Notes under the pieces: generated by a model
Databases searched by the model: none
What the model saw: the letters and a program-made list of their open reading frames with translations, nothing else
What the model was told of the DNA's origin: nothing
Shown: in pieces, positions 21,565 through 31,334 of the stretch
Position numbering within the stretch: the stretch's first letter is position 1
How the letters are laid out: each line of letters begins with the position of its first letter
Position numbers and translations under genes: made by a program
Assembly: GCA_963848135.1 (NCBI GenBank)
Contig: CAWKCK010000005.1
Location: 62,001 to 126,000 of the forward strand
Length of the DNA: 64,000 nt
Direction of reading: 5' to 3'
DNA from: an uncultured delta proteobacterium
GTDB taxonomy: Bacteria; Desulfobacterota; Desulfobacteria; Desulfobacterales; SG8-13

Positions 21565-21864
21565 ATGACTTTGAATGAATTTCTCGGAAGCATCGGAGAT
21601 GCACACCCATCTCCTCAATTAACCGAAACCCTGATATCTCTCTGGTGGGATAAAAAAGGTGATTGGGATAAGGCGCACGCGATTGCCCAATCCATCTCGA
21701 CCGTTCAGGGTAGCGCCGTACATGCTTACCTGCATCGCAAGGAAGGGGTCCTCTGGAATGCCGACTACTGGTATTCCAGGGCCGGCAGAGACAGGCCGGA
21801 CATGTCGATAGACGAAGAGTGGCAAGAGCTTGCCGAAGAAATGCTTGCCATGTCTGAGGCGTGA
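21565..21864 (+). CDS. Conserved hypothetical protein
   Basis: AGGAGG RBS; WDKAH..AQ, HAYLHRKEG...NADYWY. Confidence 0.8.
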   Translation: MTLNEFLGSIGDAHPSPQLTETLISLWWDKKGDWDKAHAIAQSISTVQGSAVHAYLHRKEGVLWNADYWYSRAGRDRPDMSIDEEWQELAEEMLAMSEA

Positions 21865-21896
21865 CGCGAAAGCATGCACCGAAGTATTGTCAGCGG

Positions 21897-24041
21897 TCAT
21901 CGCTTCTGTGGCTCGCCAACATAGGGTAACGGCGACGACGTATGCGGACGCTGGATTTTCATTTTGAATGCATCGATAAAATGCTGCTGCCAATTGTAGT
22001 AGTATCCGTGTGAGTTGTCGCCTGCGCTCTGCTTGTGTCGGGAGAGATCGAACTGGTAACGGTTGGCCCTGATGAACAACTTGAATTTATCTTCCACCAT
22101 AATGCGAAGTTTTCGATTAAGGCTGTCATATACCGTATCGTCCACATCGTTAAAGTCAAAAAATAACGCCAATTTTCGTGTGAGATTCTGGTCTACGTTT
22201 TCCGGAATTGACTGCTGCGCAATGGCTTCCATGAGACGATTGGCGATGGTCACGATGCCGGCCATAATTCGGTTTTTCGTTTGCGCCAATTGCCCCTTGC
22301 CCCAGTAGATCCGGTTGCGGTCCATACTGAGTTCGCATTTTTCTTCACCGACCAGGTTAAGGCGCCCTACGATGTAATTTCTGGCATTTTCCGGTAACAG
22401 GTGGTCAACCTGGGTGATGAAAATACCGTCCTGGAATATTGAAATCCCGCCCCGGGAGGATTCAAGATCGTAAATGTATTCGGAGTTTTCAATGACACGC
22501 AGCAGCAAATATCCCCGAGAGCTGTGATAGTCAAGTTTTGCCGTGAATTTTGTCCCCCAGCGAATTTCTTCAGCGTAATCCATCGGCTCCTGGCCCAATA
22601 GCATCGGCGACCCGTTCTCGTCGGTAACCTTTACGGCAATCGGTAGGAACCGAACGTTGGTTTTCAAGTACCCCAGATATTCCAGGCTCCGGCTATATCG
22701 CTTGCTGTTCTCTTTCAGAACGACCGTCACTTCAGTTCCTACCGGCATCTCTTCGCGTAAGAAACGAACATCAAAGTAGTCGTCTATATTCGTGATTGTA
22801 ACGACAAAACCGTCCTCTCCGGATTTACGAGTCTTGACGACCACTTTTTCGGCCACCAGAAAGCACGAAAGAAATCCGATTCCAAATCGGCTGATGAAGC
22901 TGAACTGAATATCGGCATCTCGGTCGATACGGATAATTTCGTCCGACTGATAAAATGAAAGACCGATATTGAGAAAATATTTTTCGATCCACTGCTTACT
23001 CATTCCGATGCCGTTGTCACGGACCTTAATCGCGCTGATGTCCGGGTTAAAATCAACACTGATTGCCGGAGTGACATCGGACTCGAAGAGTTTGCGCATA
23101 TTGCAGGCGTCGACGGCATTTTGAATCAACTCCCTCAAGAAAACACGCCGGTCTGAGTAGAGCGTGTTTCCCATGAAGAGCTGAAGGGCAGAGGACGTGT
23201 CGACACTGAACTTGAGATCGATCGGTTGGTAACCTGTGGGCGAAATCTCAAAATGCACTGTGGTGAATAGAAAGCGGGGTCTCACGAGACGGTTCAAACC
23301 GGACAGGAGCCGTTGGAGGCTACGTTCGTAACGTTTTAGAGCCCGGTGGACTTCTGCTTCACTGCATTGGAGACTCACCCTGACGGCCGCTTGAAGGTGC
23401 GGGTGGGGCCCGACTGAAGTCACTTTGAAATAGTCAGCCAAACGTTCGCGGTTGAAATTTGCCATGGGGGGCAAGAGGCATAGGATCTGCTCTCGTACAG
23501 CCGAGGTGTCCAGGATGAATGCGGCGGCCAGACGCAAGCAGGCGGCTATGAACTGAACATGCACACGAATACCGCTTTGATAAGATACCGTTGGCGGTAA
23601 TGTTTCGCTGATGTTTTCGACTACCACCCCCTGGGTAATAAGACCGATAATCTCCGCCTGCCGGTTGTCGACGCGGTGGACAGAAGACCCGCGGGCCTGG
23701 ATTTTCTCGGACGATGGCCCGTCATTTTCTAATTCCTCCTGGCCCTCACCCCTAAAGCCAGTTTTGGCGTCGCCTTCCTGCCAGTAGTTGAGATCATATG
23801 CGGCAGCATAGAGGAAGAAAATATCCCAACGATTGGCTATCAAATCCCGTTTCTGTTCTTCATCCAGCAACCACGACTCGAGAATATTGATAATTCGGTC
23901 ACCCAACCCGTCATTCGTATGGAGTTGGGAGGACAAAGGCGTTCCGGTTTCGTAAGCAATCAATCCTGAATTAATCTGAGCCAAACTGGCTTTTTGTTTT
24001 GCATCCAGCTGGTGGTAAAGCGAAAAAGATCCATTGTCCAT
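21897..24041 (-). CDS. HSP90-like (GHKL) ATPase with degenerate N-terminal HD-CE-like domain
   Basis: LRELIQNAVDA, DNGIGM, SRFGIGFLS, GTEV. Confidence 0.85.
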   Translation of the reverse strand: MDNGSFSLYHQLDAKQKASLAQINSGLIAYETGTPLSSQLHTNDGLGDRIINILESWLLDEEQKRDLIANRWDIFFLYAAAYDLNYWQEGDAKTGFRGEGQEELENDGPSSEKIQARGSSVHRVDNRQAEIIGLITQGVVVENISETLPPTVSYQSGIRVHVQFIAACLRLAAAFILDTSAVREQILCLLPPMANFNRERLADYFKVTSVGPHPHLQAAVRVSLQCSEAEVHRALKRYERSLQRLLSGLNRLVRPRFLFTTVHFEISPTGYQPIDLKFSVDTSSALQLFMGNTLYSDRRVFLRELIQNAVDACNMRKLFESDVTPAISVDFNPDISAIKVRDNGIGMSKQWIEKYFLNIGLSFYQSDEIIRIDRDADIQFSFISRFGIGFLSCFLVAEKVVVKTRKSGEDGFVVTITNIDDYFDVRFLREEMPVGTEVTVVLKENSKRYSRSLEYLGYLKTNVRFLPIAVKVTDENGSPMLLGQEPMDYAEEIRWGTKFTAKLDYHSSRGYLLLRVIENSEYIYDLESSRGGISIFQDGIFITQVDHLLPENARNYIVGRLNLVGEEKCELSMDRNRIYWGKGQLAQTKNRIMAGIVTIANRLMEAIAQQSIPENVDQNLTRKLALFFDFNDVDDTVYDSLNRKLRIMVEDKFKLFIRANRYQFDLSRHKQSAGDNSHGYYYNWQQHFIDAFKMKIQRPHTSSPLPYVGEPQKR

Positions 24042-24447
24042 TAGGTTGTCCTTATTGCCTGCTGATCGTTATCGTCACTGCCGTTAGCGGTTAAGTTTAC
24101 TCGCGCCATTTATTTTGAGGGTTAAAACCGTATTGGGTGAATATAGTCACCACGGGTCGGTATTCAATAGATGGCCTAAGGTATAGATTCCCCCCAGGTA
24201 ATTTGAAACCCTGCCGTCACTCTTCGTTTCGGTTTTTCGCCAACGGCAGGAAATACTTGCCCTTGATTGCTTCTGATCATATCTTTAACGGTAAGCATTC
24301 ACAGGGCACCGCATCTGCTTTGTTGTCGGGCACTTGAATCCAGTATGTCGAGGAGTTGAGACGAGGGCTCAACGCGGATATCGGGATAAAAGATTTTCTT
24401 GAGACAGCTTCTTGGTATTTCTGCGAGATGCAAGAAAAGAGTTCAAC

Positions 24448-25230
24448 ATGCTGACTAAAATAGTTTCCGGGGGCCAGACCGGTGCCGATAGGGCGGCTTT
24501 CGATGTGGCTATCCACTTGGGACTCCCCCATGGCGGGTGGGTTCCCCGTGGCCGACTCGCGGAGGACGGAGAAATACCCGCTCACTATCAGCTCAAGGAA
24601 ATGCCGACCGACAGTTATCCGGCACGGACCAAAGCCAACGTGGCGGACTCCGATGGCACCTTGATCCTGACCCACGGCAGGCTCAAGGGTGGATCGAAAT
24701 TGACGCGCGACTATGCCGCCACCTTAGGTAAGCCATGTCTGCACATCGACCTTAACGATACTGGTGGTGATAAAGCATTGTATTTAATGGTAAACTGGAT
24801 GACAGACACCGTTATCAAGGTTCTGAATGTTGCCGGAACACGGGCCAGCGAAGACCCGTTGATCTATGACAAAGTCTTCGAGATTCTGAATAACGCTGTG
24901 CTGCTCCTTAATGTTCGCACCCAACGCCGACTTTCGGATCGGCCGCAATCGCTTGCAGAGGCCGTCGAGCAACTCAGCGCCAGTCTTTCATTCAAAGACA
25001 AAACCACGCTCGGAAATTTGGATGCCGAAGACCTGATCACATATCGGCCCGCACTTCTCGTGCGCCTGCGGGATGAATTCGGCCTTTGGGATGAAAACGG
25101 TGCTCTGTTGGCGTCTTGCCGATCGGTCGCCAGCGATCCCCTCCTTCATCAGGATCAAGCGGCAGTCCTGATTCTCGAGAGGCTCTGGAAGCACCTGAGA
25201 CAGACGCACAAACTGCGCCTGGTGAAATGA
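24448..25230 (+). CDS. SLOG-superfamily (putative molybdenum carrier / YpsA-like) protein with extra C-terminal domain
   Basis: KIVSGGQTGADRAA, RT.ANV.DSDGTL, LNVAG.R.S. Confidence 0.88.
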   Translation: MLTKIVSGGQTGADRAAFDVAIHLGLPHGGWVPRGRLAEDGEIPAHYQLKEMPTDSYPARTKANVADSDGTLILTHGRLKGGSKLTRDYAATLGKPCLHIDLNDTGGDKALYLMVNWMTDTVIKVLNVAGTRASEDPLIYDKVFEILNNAVLLLNVRTQRRLSDRPQSLAEAVEQLSASLSFKDKTTLGNLDAEDLITYRPALLVRLRDEFGLWDENGALLASCRSVASDPLLHQDQAAVLILERLWKHLRQTHKLRLVK

Positions 25231-25435
25231 TACCGGCAACGCGACGATTGACATCTCACCAATAGCCGCCACCGAAAACCTGGTAATATTTTTTGTTTGA
25301 TTTCAACTTGAGCTGGGGTATGGTCACCCGATAGATCCGACTGGTCTCATGGAGGGCTATTATCTATCCCGTATAGTGCTTTCCATCCTTCAAACCGAAA
25401 TGTTGGCCCGCTAATAACATTGGAGATGAAGTTTC

Positions 25436-25876
25436 ATGAACGAAGGTGAATTTCAAAAAGTTACCCAATCATCGGAGCAGATGTATGGCCCCAAGGGAAT
25501 TATATTCTGTGGTTTCTCCGCCGCGGAACACGAACCGCTGGTCAACGCCTTGACTCAAATCGGCTTTGGCGATCGGCCGCTCATCTTTGCCACCCATGCA
25601 GATATCGAGAAAAACATCACCGATGTGCTTGCATCCGCTGACCGGTCAGGGATGGGAGAATCGGCAGAGATGCCGCGAGCGACTATCATGTCCGGATGCA
25701 CACAAATGGAAGTTCACACCCTTATGACCGCTTTTAAAGAAGCCGGATTTCCCCGACAGCTCTGGGCCACAATGACCCCGATATCGGAGGGGTGGCAACT
25801 GGGGGCTCTGCTAAAAGAACTGGTAAAAGAGGACGCCGCTTTCCGAAAAAGGGAAAACGATAAACCCGGAAACTGA
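25436..25876 (+). CDS. DUF3783-like hypothetical protein
   Basis: LWATMTP.S..W....LL.EL..E C-terminal pattern; GGAG RBS. Confidence 0.7.
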   Translation: MNEGEFQKVTQSSEQMYGPKGIIFCGFSAAEHEPLVNALTQIGFGDRPLIFATHADIEKNITDVLASADRSGMGESAEMPRATIMSGCTQMEVHTLMTAFKEAGFPRQLWATMTPISEGWQLGALLKELVKEDAAFRKRENDKPGN

Positions 25877-25900
25877 CCCTCTTGGCATCGCGGTAACGAC

Positions 25901-25928
25901 TTGACCTATGGAATATTCATATGATAAT
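25901..25928 (+). promoter_or_regulatory. Sigma-70-like promoter
   Basis: TTGACC-16-GATAAT. Confidence 0.45.
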
Positions 25929-25989
25929 GGTCTAAAATAATTATAAAAGATAACCGATACGATGAGGTTGCCATGATCTGAAGGTCTTC

Positions 25990-26021
25990 GCCCCGTTCTC
26001 TATCAGAGTACGGGGCTTTTT
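25990..26021 (+). terminator. Intrinsic terminator in leader of the next gene
   Basis: GCCCCGT..CTCT/AGAG..ACGGGGC followed by TTTTT. Confidence 0.7.
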
Positions 26022-26052
26022 AATTGATAACCCCTTATAAGGTCAACTAAAA

Positions 26053-26982
26053 ATGCCGGATCAACTCAACCTTTTTCCATCCGAATTTACCGATCGAACG
26101 GAAAAACCTTCCGAGAGCACAATCGATGATCGCCCGGTCGATCTGCTGCCTGTGGACGAAGTTTTTGAAGCCGGCAGCAGCAGCCGTCACCCTGCAGATT
26201 ATCTGGCCCTCCTCGATTTCATCCACCGATTTCCCCGTTACTCTCCGTTGAATACCTTTCTGCTGTATACCCAGAACCCCTCAGCGACACTGGTGGCAAC
26301 GGCGGCGACATGGTTGAAAATGTTTAACCGTCGTCCCAAAAGTAGCGCTCGCCCCCTGATCATACTCGCTCCGATGTCACCGGTCGTGTTCGTCTATGAT
26401 GTCGCAGAAACAGAAGGTGATCCCGTCCAGGTGAATTTATTGAAGACGGCGGAACTGAAAAGCACTCTGAGCAACAAGGTGTATGAACACACAATTGCCA
26501 ATAGCGCCCTGCACGGCATAGAAGTCCGGGAAGTCCCCCGGCGCGATCGACAACCCGCATCAGTCATGCAGCTTACCGGCAGAATAAGGGAAACACACCA
26601 CGGCCTCGATATTTCCCCGGCAGCAAGTTACCTGATACTTATCGACCAGGCAAAAAGTATCGAAAACCGATATGCTTCCCTTGTAAATGATTTGGGTCGA
26701 ATTTTCTGCGGATATCTCGGCATCGATCGTCAGGCCTGGTGGTCAGATCGGAGAGAGTTCAGCACGGCCAGCGAAGCCCTGGAGGCGGAATCGATCACCT
26801 ACCTCGTCTGCGGCCGCAAGGGGTTAAAAGACATCATCGCGACCGGTGTGACCGCATGTGACAATTGGAATCAGCCTCTGCCCCGAATCAGTCTGCACAC
26901 CATTTTGCAGGTTGTCGGATACATCGAGGAAATGGGCAAGTCACTCTGGAAAGCGCCGAAAAAGAAAAGCCGATACAAATAG
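26053..26982 (+). CDS. ArdC-like ssDNA-binding N-domain plus degenerate zincin domain
   Basis: F.RYS..N..L...QNP.AT.VA....W; VFVYDVAETEG; EAES..YLVC; HExxH position reads NDLGR. Confidence 0.65.
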   Translation: MPDQLNLFPSEFTDRTEKPSESTIDDRPVDLLPVDEVFEAGSSSRHPADYLALLDFIHRFPRYSPLNTFLLYTQNPSATLVATAATWLKMFNRRPKSSARPLIILAPMSPVVFVYDVAETEGDPVQVNLLKTAELKSTLSNKVYEHTIANSALHGIEVREVPRRDRQPASVMQLTGRIRETHHGLDISPAASYLILIDQAKSIENRYASLVNDLGRIFCGYLGIDRQAWWSDRREFSTASEALEAESITYLVCGRKGLKDIIATGVTACDNWNQPLPRISLHTILQVVGYIEEMGKSLWKAPKKKSRYK

Positions 26983-27118
26983 TTGTCCGCGAAACTATCG
27001 CGCCGGTATCTTTACGGCCTGAACCGATCTGTGATAGAATGTGGTCATGCCCGAATTCAATGCCCTCCGGTAAAACCGAGGGGATACCTTGTGTAACGCT
27101 CCATACGGTCTTTATGAA

Positions 27119-27147
27119 ACCTAAAGTGAGCGTTTCAAATTTTAAAT
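27119..27147 (-). repeat. Family A right-end fragment
   Basis: ACCTAAAGTGAGCGTTTCAAATTTTAAAT; identity stops at the palindrome centre. Confidence 0.8.
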
Positions 27148-27201
27148 GGAATGGGAACAGGAATATTTCCAATGGCTTTTGTTGCCTGCGTCTGGTCAGA
27201 C

Positions 27202-27825
27202 ATGAGCGCTGTTATTGCGAAAAGTAGAATCCGAATCATCTATCACTGGAGCCTTTTCAGCCTGATAGGGGTTCTCTTTGTCGCTGCCTGCACCCAGAAC
27301 CGGTATGTTCCTGCTGACGCCCCGCACGCGCCCGATTCACCTCCAGCCGCCGCATCAGACAATCTGCACACAGCGGTACCGCCTCAAGGTAAATTTGACG
27401 GTACTAATGACACCGGCAGACCGCAAGAAGAACTGGATGGTGCTGATGATGCGGCCACTAAAGACATGCTTCGCAGGGAATACAGCCGCTGGCTGGGCAC
27501 CAGGCACCGCCTGGGAGGAAATGATGGTAATGGTATCGATTGCTCGGCTTTCGTCCAGGCCGTTTATCGCAAGGTTTTCAGGATTGACCTTCCACGCACC
27601 ACGCGTGGGCAGGTGAGGCAAGGCAAACCGGTGGCATATCATGATATGCGTGTCGGCGATCTCGTTTTTTTTAAACCCCCCGACTACCCCCGCCATGTCG
27701 GAATTTATCTGGGTGACAGTCAATTCGTCCACGCATCCAAAACCAGCGGCGTAACGATCTCACCCATCGACCGTTATTACTGGCAACCGCATTTCTGGAC
27801 GGCGAGACGCCTACTTACCGACTGA
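27202..27825 (+). CDS. NlpC/P60 (C40) peptidase lipoprotein
   Basis: Lipobox VAAC; DCSAFV, GDLVFF, HVGIY, FVHAS. Confidence 0.93.
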   Translation: MSAVIAKSRIRIIYHWSLFSLIGVLFVAACTQNRYVPADAPHAPDSPPAAASDNLHTAVPPQGKFDGTNDTGRPQEELDGADDAATKDMLRREYSRWLGTRHRLGGNDGNGIDCSAFVQAVYRKVFRIDLPRTTRGQVRQGKPVAYHDMRVGDLVFFKPPDYPRHVGIYLGDSQFVHASKTSGVTISPIDRYYWQPHFWTARRLLTD

Positions 27826-27867
27826 TAAATCCCCGTTCAATCTGAATATCATCTGAGGCTCGGATAT

Positions 27868-30501
27868 ATGTTCAATTCAAGAAGGCTCCTTTTGGCAGCA
27901 ATTTGTGCGGCCGTTATCCTAAACGCTTGTGCGGTAACGGGCCCGGTGAACATGGAGCAGGAGAGCGACCGATGGACCAGTTCAGACCCGCTGAGCATGC
28001 CCTATTCCGTCCGCTGGAATCATTACAACAAAAACAACCTCGCACCAAACCCCTCTTTCGAAGACGGCACGGTTATTGCCGGTGGATCGGGGTCGACGGT
28101 CACCATCACGGGGTGGAAAATTATCGGCCGTAACGTTGAATGGGTCGACAAGAAATCCGCGCAGTATGCTTCCGATGAGGTCAACGACGGCCGGTATGCA
28201 GTCAAAATTACCAGGGATAATGCCGGTGAACTGGACGAGGCGGAAGGGATCATCAGCGATTTTATCCCGGTAATCCCCGGAAACTACGCTTTTACTTACG
28301 ATGTCAAAATTCAAAATCTATCGACCAGCAGACGCCGACTCGGCCAACGGCTGAACGACACTTTCGTGGTGAAGACCCTATTCTATGATTACAACAGAAA
28401 ACCGATCCCCCCGGCGCGCCTGAATCCCGTCTCCGGAACGCTTATAGACAACGCGGACAAAAGCTATTCCTTTGCCAACTATTGGTCCGTCGAAAAGTTC
28501 CCATGGGGAACCGTCAGAGGGCGAACCTATAATTATCCGTTTTCCGAAGGTGATCTGCCCGACAGGGCCCGCTATGTGCGTCTCTTTTTCGGGCTCAAGG
28601 GCAACGGTACGCTGTGGCTGGACAATGTCGACTATCGATATGCAAAGTGGAATTTCACGGTTCTGGAGCGCATGGAACCGTATTTCGGCAAACACCTCGC
28701 ACCCGAACAGCGGCTGATTCCCACTCCGAAACAGATTACCCGAATGCCTGACGTCACCTATTGGGATGCCAGCCTGCCGACATCGCGACCACCGATGATT
28801 CTCCTCCCGCCCAATCCGGCACCGGCCGAGCGCACCGCTGCAATCATGCTGAAAAACAGAATCAGCGGCATAATGAAAAGGCTATCGCCCCAGGATCGGT
28901 CCCCTAATCTTGATATTCAAATCGCCGGCAGCGATTACTCCCTTAGCGATGTTGGCAACGCAAAATTGGTTTTCAGCATCGGCAAAAATGGACTCTACAA
29001 CACCCGCCGACCCGGCCGTCACGCCTTTCTCGAGCCGTCTTTGGGCCGCAACCCTCAGGGCTATTTCATTGTGTCCGAGCAAATCGGAAGTACGCTGGTT
29101 GTTTATCTTGTCGGCGCATCACCCGTAGGGTCCTATTATGCCGCGACAACAGCTGTGCAACTATTCAAAGATAATGAATGGTCCTATCACAATGTCACCG
29201 TCGCCGATTTTCCGGATTATTCAGGCCGCTCCTACACTTTCAGAGCCTGGCGGACAGATTCAGAACTCCGCCAGGATCTTGACGCCGTCGAGCGGATGAG
29301 CCGTCTCAAACTGAACAAAGTGTACGCCGGTAACAATCGCAAAGGGAAAAATTGGTATCACCCCGATCCCCTCTTTCGACGCGGTTTACAGGCGGCCGGC
29401 CGCGCTTGCCGCGAAAACGGGGTCATGACCCTGGCGCTAATGGTTAACCCCTATTCACATCTTCCATTCGAACCATCCGTCGATCATCTTGACCCTGAGT
29501 CACGGCGTGTATGGGTCCATGGCGACCCGCAAAGCGTCGCCATGCTACAAAATGTGTTTGAAATCGGGTTGGCGGCCGGGGCCGGAACAATCATGCTCCA
29601 TGCCGATGATCACGTACCGCACAAGGGGAAAAACCCAAAGATCTACAGCCTATACACCAAAGAGGACGAGAACCGGTTCATTAATCTTCAAAACGCCCAG
29701 GCGCATGTCATCAACCGTCTCAAACAGTGGATTGACGCGAATTATCCGGGAACAAGATTCGAATTCTGCCCGCCGTGGTACACAAACGAATTCATCGACC
29801 GCAGTGAGGGCCGGGCCGAAGTGTACTTCAGTGAGTTGATCGATCAAATCCCGCCCGAGGTCGCGATCGTGTGGACAGGACCGACCGTCAGGTCGTTATC
29901 CATAGACACCGCCGACCTGAATCGGTTCGCATCTCTCATCCAGCGGTGGCCCATGCTCTGGGACAACACCCTGTACGCTCGAAATATTGAATCCCGGCGG
30001 TACGGCGGCTACACAAGCCACTATCCGGGCAAAGTCAGGATGTGCAACCTCTTTGAACCGTATGACACTTATAAGCCCAAGGATTTTCATAACACCGACG
30101 ACGGCGGCCATCTTTTCATCAATGGCGATGCTTTCAGCGAAATCTATAAAATAAAATTCGCAACGGTTGCCGACTATGAATGGAACACCGCGGCCTATGA
30201 TCCGGAACTATCCCTGTGGAAAATCCTGACCACCACCTATGGCCCGGAATGCGCGAAGGAACTCTTGTATTTCAATGACGCCTATTACGCTCTCTACGAT
30301 ATGTGTCTGCGTATGGAATACATGGGCGTCAGTCAAACAGCGCTGAAAAGTGGGGCGATCTCTCTCGGGGAACTGACCCGCCGTCTGCAGCGAATATCGA
30401 CGCTACTGACAGCGGCGCATCCGCTTCCGAAAGAGTTGGCGGCCATGCGGGACAAACAGGCAAAGAGGTTTCAGAAATTGTCCCGAAATATGCCCTTGTA
30501 A
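27868..30501 (+). CDS. Lipoprotein with CBM-like domain and GH84-like beta-N-acetylglucosaminidase domain
   Basis: Lipobox LNAC; NLAPNPSFE; LHADD, FCPPWY, WTG, LWDN motifs resembling O-GlcNAcase/hyaluronidase. Confidence 0.7.
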   Translation: MFNSRRLLLAAICAAVILNACAVTGPVNMEQESDRWTSSDPLSMPYSVRWNHYNKNNLAPNPSFEDGTVIAGGSGSTVTITGWKIIGRNVEWVDKKSAQYASDEVNDGRYAVKITRDNAGELDEAEGIISDFIPVIPGNYAFTYDVKIQNLSTSRRRLGQRLNDTFVVKTLFYDYNRKPIPPARLNPVSGTLIDNADKSYSFANYWSVEKFPWGTVRGRTYNYPFSEGDLPDRARYVRLFFGLKGNGTLWLDNVDYRYAKWNFTVLERMEPYFGKHLAPEQRLIPTPKQITRMPDVTYWDASLPTSRPPMILLPPNPAPAERTAAIMLKNRISGIMKRLSPQDRSPNLDIQIAGSDYSLSDVGNAKLVFSIGKNGLYNTRRPGRHAFLEPSLGRNPQGYFIVSEQIGSTLVVYLVGASPVGSYYAATTAVQLFKDNEWSYHNVTVADFPDYSGRSYTFRAWRTDSELRQDLDAVERMSRLKLNKVYAGNNRKGKNWYHPDPLFRRGLQAAGRACRENGVMTLALMVNPYSHLPFEPSVDHLDPESRRVWVHGDPQSVAMLQNVFEIGLAAGAGTIMLHADDHVPHKGKNPKIYSLYTKEDENRFINLQNAQAHVINRLKQWIDANYPGTRFEFCPPWYTNEFIDRSEGRAEVYFSELIDQIPPEVAIVWTGPTVRSLSIDTADLNRFASLIQRWPMLWDNTLYARNIESRRYGGYTSHYPGKVRMCNLFEPYDTYKPKDFHNTDDGGHLFINGDAFSEIYKIKFATVADYEWNTAAYDPELSLWKILTTTYGPECAKELLYFNDAYYALYDMCLRMEYMGVSQTALKSGAISLGELTRRLQRISTLLTAAHPLPKELAAMRDKQAKRFQKLSRNMPL

Positions 30502-30562
30502 AATTCGGACCAGTGACCATATTAAAAGACAATTTCTTATTGGAGACGGAGAACAACGCTGT

Positions 30563-31315
30563 ATGAGATTTCTTTTGTACAACATCCGCTATGGGGCCGG
30601 AATCGGAAAGCGATTTCACCTTCCGGTACCTTACAGCGGCTATTTCAAACCGACAAATGGCCACTTCCAAAAAATTCTGGATTTCGTCAGAATAATCAAA
30701 CCAGACATCATCGGATTAATTGAGGTCGACTTCGGTTCATACCGGGTGAGGCGATACAATCAGGCGGATGTCATCGCCCAGTCACTGAACCTCCAGGCGA
30801 TCTACCAATCCAAATATGACGAAACATCGATGGCACGCAAGGTGCCGCTGTTGAACAAACAGGGCAACGCCGTTTTAACCAACCAACCGATTATCAACCG
30901 CCGCTTTCATTTTCTCCGTGACGGTGTCAAACGCCTGGTTATTGAAGTTGAACTGCCGGAAGCCACGATTTTCCTGGTACACCTGTCTCTCAAATTTCGC
31001 CACCGCCAATATCAGCTCAACGACCTGAACGATCTGATCACCGGTTGCAACAAACCGGTCATCCTTGCCGGCGACTTCAATGCCTTTCGGGGCGATCGCG
31101 AATTGCAACTGTTTTTGGCTGCCAGCGGGTTGGTCAGCGCCAATGACCAGGGCAAGTCGTCATATCCAAGCCGTAACCCCTTCATGGAACTCGATTATAT
31201 CTTCCACAGCCCGGCTATTCAATCCAACGGATTCCAGATCCCGACCGTTATGCTCTCCGACCATGCCCCGCTGCTATGGGACTTCGATGTTCAAGGCAAA
31301 CGGGCAGCGGCGTAG
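30563..31315 (+). CDS. Endonuclease/exonuclease/phosphatase family protein
   Basis: YNI, GDFN, LDYIF, SDH. Confidence 0.92.
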   Translation: MRFLLYNIRYGAGIGKRFHLPVPYSGYFKPTNGHFQKILDFVRIIKPDIIGLIEVDFGSYRVRRYNQADVIAQSLNLQAIYQSKYDETSMARKVPLLNKQGNAVLTNQPIINRRFHFLRDGVKRLVIEVELPEATIFLVHLSLKFRHRQYQLNDLNDLITGCNKPVILAGDFNAFRGDRELQLFLAASGLVSANDQGKSSYPSRNPFMELDYIFHSPAIQSNGFQIPTVMLSDHAPLLWDFDVQGKRAAA

Positions 31316-31334
31316 CCATCCCGCGCTCACTGTT

